Made by a program: the position numbers and the translations under genes. From NCBI RefSeq assembly GCF_009914755.1, contig NC_060934.1: a stretch of 64,000 bases of DNA. One strand, written 5' to 3'. How positions within the stretch are numbered: position 1 is the first letter of the stretch; every line of letters begins with the position of its first letter. A model generated the notes under the pieces. That model saw only the letters and a program-made list of their open reading frames with translations, was not told where the DNA came from and made no database searches. Shown here one piece after another: positions 29,727 to 43,794 of this stretch. The DNA is from the human T2T-CHM13v2.0 reference genome, Homo sapiens.

Positions 29727-32435
29727 TTATTTTAAGTTCTGTGGTACATGTGTAGGATGTGCAGGTTTGTTCCATAGGTAAATGTGTGCCATGATGATTT
29801 GCTGCACCTATCAGCCCATCACCTAGGTATTAAGCTCAGCATGCATTAGCTATTTCCTGATGCTCTCCCTCCCCGCTCCCCCCACCACAGATCCCACTGT
29901 ATGTTGTTCCTTTTCCTGTGTCTATGTGTTCATATTGTTTAGCTCTCACTTATAAGTGAGAGCATGCGGTGTTTGGTTTTCTGTTCCTGTGTTAGTTTGC
30001 TGAGGATAATGGCTTCCAGCACCGTCCATGTCCCTGCGAAGAACATGATCTCATTCTTTTTTATGGCTGCATAGTATTCCATGGTGTGTACGTATCACAT
30101 TTTCTTTATCCAGTCTATCATTGATAGACATTTAGGTTGATTCCATGTCTTTGCTATTGTTAATAGTGCTGCAATGAACATACACATGCACGTATCTTTA
30201 TAATAGAATAATTTATATTCCTTTGGGTATATACTCAGTAAAAGGATTGCTGGGTCAAATGGTATTTCTAGTTCTAGGTCTTTGAGGAATCACCACACTG
30301 CCTTCCACAATGTTTCAACTAATTTACATTCCCACCAACAGTGTGAAAGCATTTCTAATTCTTCGTAGCCCCACCAGCATCTGCTGTTTCTTGACTTTTT
30401 AATAACTGTCATTCTGACTGGCATGACATAATATCTTATTGTGGTTTTGATTTGCATTTCTCTAATGACCAGTGATGTTGAGCTTATTTTCATATGTTTG
30501 TTGGCCACATGCATGACTTCCTTTGAGAAGTGTCTGTTTATGTCCTTTGCCCACTTTTTAATGGGGTCATTTGTTTTTTTCATTTAAATTTGTTTAAGCT
30601 CCTTGTAGATGCTGGATATTAGACCTTTGTCAGATGAATAGATTTCAGAAATTTTCTCCCATTTTATAGGTTGTTTTTTTCTCTGATGGTAGTTTCTTTT
30701 GCTGTGCAGAAGCTCTTTAAATTACATTCCATTTGTCAATTGTGGCTTCTGTTGCAATTGCTTTTGATGTTTCTGTCATAAAATATTTGCCTGTGCCTAT
30801 GTCCTGAATGCTATTGCCTACATTGTCTTCTAGGGTTTTTATAGTCTTGGGTTTTACTTTTAAGTCTTTAATCCATCTTGAGTTAATTTTTGTATAAGGT
30901 ATAAGGAAGGGGTCCAGTTTCTGTTTTCTGCATATGGCTGTCCAGTTTTCCCAGCACCATTTATTAAATAGGAAAGCCTTTCGCCATTTCTTGTTTTTGT
31001 CATGTTTGTCTAAGATCAGATGGTTGTAGGTGTGTGGTGTTATTTCTGAGGCCTCTATTCTGTTCCATTGGTCTATGTGTCTGTTTTTGTGTCAGTACCA
31101 TGCTGTTTTGTTACTGTAGCCTTGTAGTATAGTTTGCAGCCAGGTAGCGTGATGCCTCCAGCTTTGTTCTTTTTGCTTAGGATTGTCTTGGCTATATGAG
31201 CTATTTTTTGGTTCCTCATGAATTTTTCAAATAGTTCTTTTTAATTCTGTGGAGAATGTCAATGGTAGTTTAATGGGAATAGCATTGGATCTATCAATTA
31301 CTTTGGGCACTATGGCCATTTTCATGATACTGATTTTTTCTTTCCATGAACATGGAATGTTTTTCCATTTGTTTGTGTCCTCTTGAATTTCCTTGAGCAG
31401 TGGTTTGTAGTTCTCCTTGAAGCGGTCCTTCTCTTTCTTCATTAGCTGTTTTCCTAGGTATTTTATTTTCTTTGTAGCAATTGTGAATGGGAATTTATTC
31501 ATGATTTTGATCTCCGCTTGTCTGTTATTGGTGTGTAGGAATGCTTGTAAGTTTTGCACATTGATTTTGTATCCTGAGACTTTGCTGAAGTTGCTTATCA
31601 GCTTAAAAAGCTTTTGGGCTGAGATGATGGGGTTTTCTAGATATAAGATCATGTCATCTGCAAATAGAGACACTTTGACTTCCTCTTTTCCTCTATGAGT
31701 ACCCTTTATTTCTTTCTCTTGCCTGATTGCCCTGGCCATAGCTTCCAATACTACGTTGAATAGGAGTGGTGAGAGAGGACATCCTTGTCTTGTGCCAGTT
31801 TTCAAAGGGAATGCTCCCAGCATTTGCACATTCAGTATGATATTGTCTGTGGATTTGTCATAAATGACTCATTATTTTGAGTTATGTTCCTTCGATACCT
31901 AGTTTATTGAGAATTTTTAACATGAAGGAATGCTGGAGTTTATTGAAGGCCTTTTCTACATCTAGTGAGATAATCATGTGTTTTTTGTCTTTAGTTCTGT
32001 TTATGTGATGAATTATGTTTATTGATTTGCATAAGTTAAGCCAGCCTTTCATCCGGGAATGAAGCTGACTTGATCATGGTGGATAAGCTTTTTGATGTGC
32101 TGCCGGATTTGATTTGCCAGTATTTTATTGAGGATTTTTTACATAGATATTCATCAGAGATACTGGCCCAAAGCTTTCTTATTTTGTTGTATCTGTGCTA
32201 GGTTTTGGTATGAGGATGATGCTGGCCTCCTAAAATGAGTTAGGGAGGAGTCCCTCCTTTTTAATTGTTTGGAATAGTTTCAGAAGAAATGGTACCAGTT
32301 CCTCTTTGTACCTCTGGTAGAATTCAGCTGTAAATCCATCTGGTCCTGGGCTTTTTTTGGTTGGTAGGCTATTTATTACTGCCTCAATTTCAGAACTCGT
32401 TATTGGTTTATTCAGGGATTCAACTTCTTCCTGGT
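29727..32435 (-). mobile_element. L1PA (mid-age, roughly L1PA8-11), 3' sense segment of a 5'-inverted insertion
   Basis: 3'UTR through the RT domain ([21 protein letters not shown]) up to QEEVESLN. Confidence 0.93.
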
Positions 32436-33537
32436 CACGCATAGGCTCAAAATAAAGGGATGGAAGAAAATTTACTAAGCAAATGGAAAGCAGAAGAAAT
32501 CAGAAGTTGCAGTCCTAGTTTCTGATAATACAGACTTTAAACCAACAAAGACAAAAAAAGACAAAGAAGGGCATTACTAATGGTAAAAGATTAAATTCAA
32601 CAAGAAGTGCTAACTACCCTAAATATATATGCATCCAATGGAGGAGCACCCAGATTCATATAACGAGTTCTTAGTCGCAGTTCTCTACAAAGAGACTCAG
32701 ACTCCCACACAATAATAGTGGGAGACTTTAACACCCCACTGTCAGTATTAGACAGATCATCGAGACAGAAAATTAGCAAGGATATTCAGGACTTGAACTC
32801 AGCTCTGCACCAAGTGATATCTACAGAACTTTCCACCCCAAAACAATGGAATATACATTCTTCTCAGTGCCACATGGTACTTACTCTAAAATTGATCACA
32901 GAATTGGAAAGAAAACACTCCAGCAAATGCAAAATAACTGAAGTCATAACAAACAGTCTCTCAGACCACAGCACAGTGGTTTCTTAATTCAAAATTAAGA
33001 AACTCACTCAAAACCACACAACTATATGGAAATTGAACAACCTGCTCCTGATTGACACCTGGGTAAATAATGAAATTAAGGCAGAAATCTAGAAGTTCTT
33101 TGGAACTAATGAGAACAAAGAGGCAATGTACTAGAATCTCTGGCACACAACTAAACCACTGTTAGGAGGGAAATTTATAGTACTAAATGCCCACATCAAA
33201 AAGCTAGAAAGATCTCAAATTGACATCCTAACATCACAACTAAAATAACTAGAAAAAGAAGAGCAAACAAATCCCAAAGCTAGCAGAAGACAAGAAATAA
33301 CCAAGATCAGTGTAGAACTGAAGGAGACAGGGACACAAACAACCCTTCAGAAAATCAACAAATCCAGGAGCTGTTTTTCTGAAAAAAAAAAAAAATTGAT
33401 AAAATAGATAGCCTGCGTGCTAGACTAATAAAGAGGAAAAGAGGGAAGAATCAAATAGACAATAAAAAAGTGATAAATGGGATATCACCAGTGACCCCAC
33501 AGAAATATAAACAACCATCAGAGAATACTATAAACTC
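32436..33537 (+). mobile_element. Inverted 5' segment of the same L1 (ORF2 endonuclease region)
   Basis: HRLKIKGW...GDFNTPLS...TTIREYYK in the opposite orientation, abutting the minus segment. Confidence 0.92.
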
Positions 33538-34605
33538 CTTCATCAGTTTTTTAATGCTATCAGATAATAAATCAACAGTTAAGAAAAATTTTTTGTAGAT
33601 AAGAAATACAGTATTATCCTTCCATATTTCATTTTTTATTTTACAACGTCCAAGTTGTTACTATACAGAGAATTTTTATTTTATTTTAGAGTATAGCAGA
33701 TAACTCTTTAAATAATTGGTATGATTGTTCAGTCAATTTAACTTTTTTTTTAATTCTTCACTATTCATTCTAGTTTTTGCAGCACCTATAGAATCTATAT
33801 CCTACTTTTTTATCAGTCAAGTAGGGGATCTTAGGCAATGATACTTTTGATAGAATAGGGATTGATTGTGAAATTATGAAAGAGGTTTGACTCTCCTGTA
33901 TAAGATTACAAATCTATGAGGGAAAAGCTTAATATTTTTTTTTACCATTATTTTCTTTCACACCAGTTTCTGGCATATAATACCTACTTTATAAATATTT
34001 GTTGCATGCATACATGAATAAATGAATGAATTAAATAAGAGTTTATTATTTCACTCTTTTGCTTCAATGGACTTGTGTATTGATGTTGAGCTAGGCATGC
34101 CAGCATAACCCTCATAGTTAATTGAATGTTTCCAAAATGTTTAGGAGATGGGCATTGATTGATTTTATAGCTAAGCTATGGAGCTATGGTACAGAGGGCA
34201 CTAAGAAATCTCTTGGAAAATGCCAATTGCAAAACTTGGAAGCCTGTCTTCATGGAGTTACCGATCCAGGAGTAGAATTACTGAAAAGCCAGATAGACTG
34301 ATAGTGGCCAGGCAACCTGGATATAGGGGCATATTATCGTCAGGTTTGCGTCCATGAGTGTCCATAACAGAACTTTAGGCCAGACATTATGTTTACATTT
34401 TTATTATCATCATATTTTTCTATATACTGCCTTCATTTCTACATTGAGGTCCTGCTAGTTTCCAGTAGTTTGTACTAAATTATTTGTTGTGATAAATTTG
34501 GTCAATTGCTGAGCCAGTTTTAAAACCCTTATCAAGTCACTTTTTTTCCTAGTGGAGATATTCCTAATGCCTTATTAATTATATGGTGTAGCTTTTGATC
34601 CATGT

Positions 34606-34870
34606 TAATAATAACAGCATGAGTGATAGTGGCTTGCATTTCTGAGCGCTTACTGTATACACCAGATGCTGCTCTAAATATTTTAACATATTAGTTTTCA
34701 TCTTCATAATGACTCTATAATCAGCTAGTGTTACAATTTTGATTTAAGCTATTAGGAAACTAAGGGGGAGAGAGGTTAATTGGTTTGCCGAAGTTTTCAC
34801 AGTTAGTAAATATTGAAGCCAAGCATTAACCCCAGGAAGCATGGTTCAGGGTCAATGTGCTTACTCACTG
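34606..34870 (-). mobile_element. MIR
   Basis: CATTTCTGAGCGCTTACTGT...AGGAAACTAAGG...GAGAGGTTAA...AACCCCAGG. Confidence 0.75.
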
Positions 34871-35182
34871 TTACAACTGCGTATTTGTTATAACATAGGC
34901 TTATTGAGATTTGAAAAGAGTGAGAACTTAAGATGCAAATTATGGCTAAATAAAGAAAAGTTTATTAAAGTGATAGTGTTGAGCTAGAAAGAAGAACGTA
35001 ACTGATACATTGAAGGGCTTTCTAAAATAAGAAATATGAGAAACTATATGCGTTTATTCTCAACCCATATTGAACATGTACTGTATTTCAATCACTGTCC
35101 TTGGTGCTGAAATCATATTTCTAACATTGGATAAATTTGTGTAAATGCAATAATCAAGTTTTATATATATTATATTACATAT

Positions 35183-35472
35183 ATTTTTTTTGAGACAAAG
35201 CCTAGCTTTGTCACCCAGAATGGAGTGCAGTGGCACAATCTTGGCTCACTGCCACCTCCACCTTCCAGACTCAAACTATCTTCCCAGGTCAGCTTCCTGA
35301 GTAACTGGGAATACAGACATGCACCACCATACCCAGCTAAGTTTGGTATTTTTTTTAGAGACAGAGTTTTGCCATGTTGACCATGCTGATCTCAAACTCT
35401 GGAGCTCAAGCAATTTGCCTGCCTTGGCCTCCCAAAGTGTTGGGAGTAGAGACTGAGCCACCCTGCTTGGCC
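35183..35472 (-). mobile_element. AluJ
   Basis: Diverged full dimer. Confidence 0.9.
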
Positions 35473-37210
35473 TAAAATACATTTTATTGAAAAAATTATT
35501 AATCTTCCTGGACAAAATTTTTATAACAAATTTTCTTATGCATGATACGGTTTCAGTTTGAAGACGTAGAACACCTCTTCATGGTGGCCATGGATTTGTG
35601 CTACTCAAGTGTCTTCATGATAGCCTGCCATGAAGAGAACAGTTCATTAATAGTCTTTATTCATAGCACTTTTGGATCTTCCAGCATTCTCGCCAATGAT
35701 TTGCATTCAGTGGGTTGCTCCAAGCCAAGGACTGTGCATGGAGTTATAAGTACCAAGCCACTCTACCAAAGGACAGACGATGCTTGGGAATTCCTTTTCA
35801 GTTTGGCCGAGACTTCCTCAGACCTGCATTTCAGTCTGAAACTTTTATACCTCATTTTTCCCTCTCTCCTTTCACAGGTTTTAAAGCTGAATCTTGGTGG
35901 GGAGGCTGCTTTTGTCTGCTCCCTCTCTCCTTTAGCTTTTTGGGGCATATCCCTCAATAAATATTAAGGATTTCTGAACCCATTGTGATGTCTGTTTCTC
36001 AAAGGCATGACTGCCATGCTATATGAATTCAGAGTCTTTTGCACCAAGAATTTCATGATCTTTTATGCATACTCTTTATGTGCCACTTAATTCAATCAGA
36101 ATTCCAATAGAGTATTTGACTGTATAAGATTATTCACCAGGCAAGGCCTGAGTACAGGGGCACATTATCATCAGACATTCACGGGGACATTACTTCCTTC
36201 AACATTCTCTTTCAAGACAGGAAAGTGCCATACATAACAAAGAAGAAAGTGCCTTTAAACAAGCCTTTTTAATTTTTTACTTTCTTTTGACGCTAAGGGT
36301 TTGCCCAGAGATAGTCATAAAAAATTGCAAATATTTCAATTAAATTTATAAAAATATGATTTTCTTCCAAGCATAGCATACATTTAATCTTAATATTAAG
36401 CATTAAAATGACAAAAACCACATTACAGAAAATCAGAGTACCACTTGTCTGTCTTCATGATTACAGATTTCTGTCCTTTCACTGTTTCCTTTTTTAAAAA
36501 GACCATATTCACCCTCAGCACTTCCTATTTATGTGCCTCACCCATAGCCTAATTAAAAACTGATGGAAAAGCACACCTGCAGAGCGTCACCATCCCTCTG
36601 TGGCTCTTAACCCTCTGTTTCATCTGTTTTGTTATAGGATGCAAAACACAAAACTCCGGCAACCTACAGATGACACAAATAATCACTCTAAAATAAATTT
36701 CATGTCATTTTATTTTTTTAATTAGCAAGGATTTTTTTCAGCGAATTATTATTGCTCAACTGTGTTTAAGAAGTAGATGCAACTTGTAACGAATCACATT
36801 CTTCTAATTTCCTAGTTTTTCCCACTAACTAACAAATCATAAAAGACCTTATCAAGTCTCACTAGCTATTTTGGGCCTTCAGGACTTCTGGTTATTCTTA
36901 CCAGGATTGATTTCTCTTAGAAGTATAATCTTCATAAATCCAGACAGAAGAATGTTAGCAGTCTTTGTTTTGCAGAATTGTATGGGATTTTATTGATAAA
37001 TAGCATTCAAGATGCCACAGGAAGTTGAGAGAGAGAAGAAATTGAAACCTGATTCTGTGAAAAAGTCTTATGAGAAAGACTTCATAAGTTCCAAGTTTAT
37101 ATTAATTTCCTAAGCCTCCTCACCAGTATAACATGGGGGTCACCCACATCTGTAAGAATATGAAAGACTGGGCCACGCATGATGGATGATGGCTATAGGC
37201 ATTTTGAAAG

Positions 37211-37485
37211 GATGAGGTGGGAAGATCACTTGAGGCCAGGAGTTTGAGATCAGCCTTGGCAACATAGTGAGACTTTGTCTCTACAAAAAATTAAAAACAA
37301 AATTAGCTGGGTGTGGTGGTGCAGGCCTGTAGTTCCAGGTACTTGGAAGGCTGAGGTGGGAGGATTGCTTAAGCCCAGAAGTTCAAGGCTGCAGTGAGCT
37401 GTGATCATGCCATTTAACTTCAGCCTGGCAGCCTGGGCCGCAGAGCGAGATCATGCCTCTGAAAGAACAAACAAACAAACAAACA
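37211..37485 (+). mobile_element. AluJ, 5'-eroded, with a (CAAA)n tail
   Basis: GATCACTTGAGGCCAGGAGTTTGAG and TTCAAGGCTGCAGTGAGC. Confidence 0.88.
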
Positions 37486-37738
37486 GAAACATGCGGGACT
37501 AAAGACAGATAGAGGAAGAGAAAGAGGCTATTCAAACAAGGACAAAACCGCTTATATCACAATACTGGCCGATCATCTTGTTATTTTCACAGTGTTCTAT
37601 TTTTGCAGATCTCAGTGTATCTAACTTTTGCATACCAGAGGGTCATAAAAAATAATAGGCAAGAAAGATACATAAAATCCTTGGCAAAATCATTAAACAA
37701 CCAGCTAGAATATTAGAAGAATTAAAAACAATCTAGAG

Positions 37739-37969
37739 CAGGTGTTGTCATACTATGACTTGCAGACCAAATCTAACCTGCCACCTGTTTCTGTTAAAAA
37801 AATGTTATTGGAACACAGACATGCCCATTTATTTCTGTATTACTGGTACATATGTATTACTTTCACCCTAATGCAGAAGAGTTGAATAGTCGCAACAGAG
37901 ATCATCTGGCCCTCAAAGCCTAAAGTATTTACTACCTGGCCCTTTAGGGGAAAAGTTTGTTGATCCCTA
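37739..37969. mobile_element. MER58A-like hAT-Charlie MITE
   Basis: CAGGTGTTGTCA...TTATTGGAACACAG...AAGCCTAAAGTATTTACTACCTGGCCCTTTA...GATCCCT. Confidence 0.8.
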
Positions 37970-38539
37970 AAGACATATCTAAGAATGCAATTCAATCATG
38001 GCAGGAGAAAGTTTTCCTGACTAATGAGAAATGTATTCAATTAATACCCCATCACCAATGTGAATATAAACAATATCCTTGATTATGTCTGAATAACATA
38101 TGTAGTGTTTGTTTCTTTAAGAAAATGTTTATGTAATGTTCATGCAATTTTCAGACTTCTAAGATAAAATAATTTAAATTATCTGGATTATAAACAGGAA
38201 ACAGTACATATCACTTTTAGTTACGATAATGCAACAAACTCCAAAAAAAAAAATCTTTTGCCAAGACTTATATAATTGAGACTTTCTGTTTCATAAGCTT
38301 GGTGAACAAAGGTTCACTGATTACTGTGGCCTTTTCTCAGAGCGACATGAGCAAAGACAACTAACTTTTCATGTCTCTGCCACTTTCTCTGCTTTGATAG
38401 ACTCTGTTAGTCAAGTGAACTGAAAATGATGATGTAATAATATGTAAAATAATGTTTCTGCTCTGTTAATAAAACTGAAAATTTGCACGTCTGCAGCTTT
38501 ATTGATATTTCCTTTTTTGTTTGCTTTACAATTTTCATT

Positions 38540-39330
38540 TAAAAGAAAAACAAAACAAAATTATATATACCAAAACCCAACTTACCATTTCTCTTAGCCC
38601 TCCCTATATCCTTTAAAGTTGGTGTTTATCACTCTAATGTATTTGTAACACTATATTCTATTGCTTTTTGTGTTTTCAATTTTACATTAATAAAATCATA
38701 CTGAGAACACGCTTGCCACTGGATTTTCTAATGAATATTGTTTTTAGTATTTACCTTTGTTAATATATTTAAATCTAATTCATTCATTTTATCCTGAACT
38801 GAAGTAGCCTATGCCAAGAATAGAAATTGTTTTAAGAACTTTAGAAATATTAAAACTTTTATTTTGATTAATTTAATGTTGATAAACCTCTTTATGTCCA
38901 AGCCACTGCATCTAGTCATTCTACTGAGAAAGTATTAGTTTGTTCCACTTATTTATTATTTATACAAATGGGCACAGTGAATATCTTTATACATCACTTT
39001 GTTGTACACTTTCTTTGTACATCACTTTCTTGTAAAGAAAATAAGAGTTTCTTTAGTATACTCACTTGTAGAGTGTGTGCTCTTTAAAATGACTGAGTAT
39101 CACCAAATTACTCTCTCAAGTTGTTGTCCCATCAGCATGGTCGTTCTCAAAAATTTGCATTTTTCTCATTGTTAAAAGAAATAGTTTTTAGTATTGTCCA
39201 ATTATTTCCTTTTATGTGAATTGTCCCTTTATAAACTTTTTCTCTGTTTTTCTGTTGTGTTGTCTCTTTTCAGCTGATGAAAGAAACTCTTCAAAAATTC
39301 TCTACATTACTGTCACTTATTTATTTATAT
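38540..39330 (-). mobile_element. Old L1M(E) fragment
   Basis: T-rich diverged L1 3' region. Boundaries approximate. Confidence 0.5.
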
Positions 39331-39849
39331 GGACTTATGTAGAAATGTAGACATTTGACCATTTAAAAACTGCATAATAATCAATATTGTTCAACCTAAG
39401 AACCACACATATCTTCTCCAGTCTATGAATTATCTAGTAACTTTTTATGTGAGACAACTACGTTTAAGCATAGGATGATAGGTCAAGTGTTGAGTGAAGG
39501 CGCTTATGAATAAACCCTCTAATTACCAAAGCTCTATGTCAAGGGAAACCTCCTAATTGTGGTGCAGAAAGAAAAAGTTCAAACAGAGTATGGTGGCCCT
39601 GAGCTGAGAAGGCAGAGATCAGAATCTTGACAGGTAAAGCAGCTGAAATTTGCAATCACTAGAAAGCAGCTGAACAATGAGGATAGAGGGAGAGAGGATG
39701 AAGCAGAAGTCTGCATGGAGGCTCTCTACAAGGCCTTGGCTGTGGGTAGTATTATGGTTTCTCCAGAGAATATTGTGTGAAATTATCAGCTGCTCTTGGG
39801 TTGAGAGGAGAACAAAATAAATAGAAGTCAATCAATGTGGTAGCAGACA

Positions 39850-41560
39850 TTTGAGTTCCAGCACAGCCTGAGTGGAGAGACCTTGTTAACACGTGGATAT
39901 TTAATTGACATGGCAGAAGGATCACGCCTTTGACATAAGGCCCACATTATATAATAAGGCCTACTTTAGACTTCCCTAAATCTTAAAACATAGCCAAACC
40001 AAAATATATGAGATAGTAAGAACTAGGAGTTTGAATACTCACAAGTTAGAGGAGGTAAATCCATCCTAACACTACATAAATCTAAGCCCATATATGTTTA
40101 AAAAGTTCAGTCAATAGTTGCCTAGGGAAGAAAAATCAACACTATGCAGAGAAAGATAACAGAATTCAGAATCTATATATCAATTATAATATCCAAAATA
40201 TAATAAAAATACCGTTTCTCCAAATAAATATGAAATTTTGACTCATAGCCAAAAAAATATAGCGAGGGAATAGAAACACACTCCAAGATGGCTCAGATGT
40301 GAGATTTAGGAGACAAATCTTAGAACAGTATAAGTGCATTCGAGGACTTCAAGAAAAATATGGTCTCAATGAGTAACTATATAAAGAACCTCAGCAGAGA
40401 AATAGAAATTAAAAATGCAACAAAATGGAAATACTAAACAAGTGATGCAAGAACTGCAGTGGAAAGTTTACAGTAGGCTTAATAGTAGCTAGATTTTTTT
40501 TTAAATGGAAAGTTAAATATAAATCAAAAGGCAGTATTCATTAAGATAACTGGATTGTATAACTCATCAGTTAATTCAATCAGAAGAGTGTAGAATAAAA
40601 TTTGAAAACAAAACAAATGAAAGCAAAATAGGGCCATATTGACATATGAGCCCTATTATACCAATAATTGCATTAGATATATATGGACTAAACATTCCAA
40701 TTTTAAGTCAGAAATTGTCAGGCAATTAAAAGACAAAGCACAACTATCAGAGATGTAATCAAGATGTGCTTTAAATATAGAGGTGAAAGTAAGAGGAAAA
40801 AAAGATATACCATGCAAACACTAAACAAAAGAAAGGAGATATGGCTGTATTAATATCAGCCAAGGTAGGCTTCAAGACAAGAAATGCTATCAGAGGGTAT
40901 TTCACTTGCTAAAGAAACAATTTATCAAAAAGACCTAAGACGCCTAGATGTAAATGTAAAAGCTCTATAACAATATATGTAAAACAAAACATCTATGACA
41001 ACTCTCCAATGAGAGAAAAAGAGACAAATTAATTATCAGGGTTGAGAATTTTAAGCCACTCTTCTCAGTATTTGGTAAAATGAGTAAGCAAAAAATCAGT
41101 AAGGATCTGATCAAAACTGTCAACCAAGCTCACTTAATTTTTCATACCACTGGATATAAAAACTACAGAATATGTATTCAAGTGCATATGGAATATTTAT
41201 CAAGATAGACCATATGTTGGGCTATAGCACAAATCTTAATGTATTTCAAATGATATAAATACAGCAGAGTAGTTCTCTGAAAAGAATGGAATTACATTAA
41301 AGATAAAAAATCTAGAACATTCCCCAGTATTTGGAATTATGTAACCTACTCTTATTAAAAGTTACAGGGTAAGAAAATTAGAAAATATTTTCAGCTCAAA
41401 GTATTTTCAGCTTGACATATCTTAACACGAGTTTTTAATGAAACACAAGTTCATAAAAAACTTGTGTTAAGATATGTCAAGCTCTCTGAAAATAATAAAA
41501 TTAAATTAGAAACAAAAAGACTAGACAGTTCCAACATTTGAAAATTATATAACCTACTTG
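39850..41560 (+). mobile_element. Old L1M 5'/ORF1/ORF2-EN remnant
   Basis: A-rich, with EN-region motifs (ATATACCATGCAAACACTAA, CAAGATAGACCATATGTTGGG). Confidence 0.65.
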
Positions 41561-42997
41561 TTTGATTTCAGATGAAGCATTATTGAGATTTATTTAGAGA
41601 CATAATTTATACAAGTTTCTGCCCAAGGCTTATCTTTGGAGGAAACAGAATAACATCTGTTTATGCATACTCAGAAGAAAGCTCCTTGCTCAACTTTAAA
41701 GTTATTTGGTTATAAATGGTAAGATGAAATATTTCCATACACTGTACATATGTATATATATTTGTAATAATGTTTTTAAACATTGTTCAGGTAAAATAAT
41801 GGTGACAGCTTTGTATTAAGGATACATTTCTAAGTCTGAGAAATAAATTTTAATCAGTATTTTTAAAATGAATATTTCCTTTTAAAATAAACAGTGCTTT
41901 TACTGAAACTGACTCTCTCTGTCTCCAAGCCAAGGCAATTTGAAACAATCTGTTTGATAAGTGTCTTCAGTAGAAGAACCCAATTTCCTGACTATGTTGG
42001 CTTTCAATGAATAAAAAAAGTCTCAAAGAAAAGATGATATATTTCTGAAATAGAATAAAAGTAACAAAGAAAAGTTGAATCAATTACTGTAGAAATTCTT
42101 AGCAAATTTTCAAAAGTAAATTCTTTATAATTAAGTTTTCGAATAGATGCAATACCCAATTTATCCTCTTCCTTTCAAGGGCATGTACTTTTTCTCAAAC
42201 CTGCTATGAATGTATATAGCTGGGATGATTCATTTTGTTAACCCGAGGTAAACATAGTCACATTTTATAACTTTTCTCTCAAGATCTAACCTGCCCATAC
42301 TAATAAGGAGTCCAGTCTTTCTCTTTTGTATCTATTCCAAGTCTGAAATTCCGGAATGTTCAAGAATCAAGGAACTTTACTCAATCTATCTATTTTATCA
42401 ATCAATCAATCAAATTGCAATTTTGATATTAATGATATTGATAAGTACTATAATTTTTTCAAAAGGGAGGGTAATACTTATCCTAGTGAGTATAGGTTGT
42501 AACTAGGTATTTTATATTGTAAAATACAGTTTAACCAGTGTGCTGATGAATATACACTTCTAATAAACCGAATGCATTTGGTGAATTTGTCTTCCTGAAA
42601 ATTTCCCAGAGCAGAGAGCATTTAATTTCATTTATTTGTTCATTCAGTCATTTTTTTCAGTTTAGTCATGCACCCATGCCAAATAACAGGGATTACATGT
42701 CTACTGATGACTGAGAACTCAGTTTTACATGACACTTGAAAATTAAAATGATCCTAAAATATATAACATAAAAATCTATCAACTTAACAAGATGTGTAAG
42801 AGTTCCAGTTATTAGTATGAGTAATATATTGGAAATATAAAGTTATCTATACTAACAATGCATTTTTTCTTCTTTCTTTTTACTTATCTATTTCTTTCTA
42901 TTTTATAGACCTTGATCTCTAATTTAATGAACATGTAACAAAAAGCATCTCACTTATGGCAGATCAAGATTTTTTAAAGTTTTATAAATTCATTTGT

Positions 42998-43794
<797 letters not shown>

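Noticed and set aside
35542-35967. 141-aa ORF
   Set aside because: No recognisable domain; its 3' part resembles an old LTR end; consistent with chance.
36096-36173. Minus-strand C/D box snoRNA (TGATGA...CTGA)
   Set aside because: The C box lacks the leading purine, there is no terminal stem, and I recognise no rRNA or snRNA antisense element.
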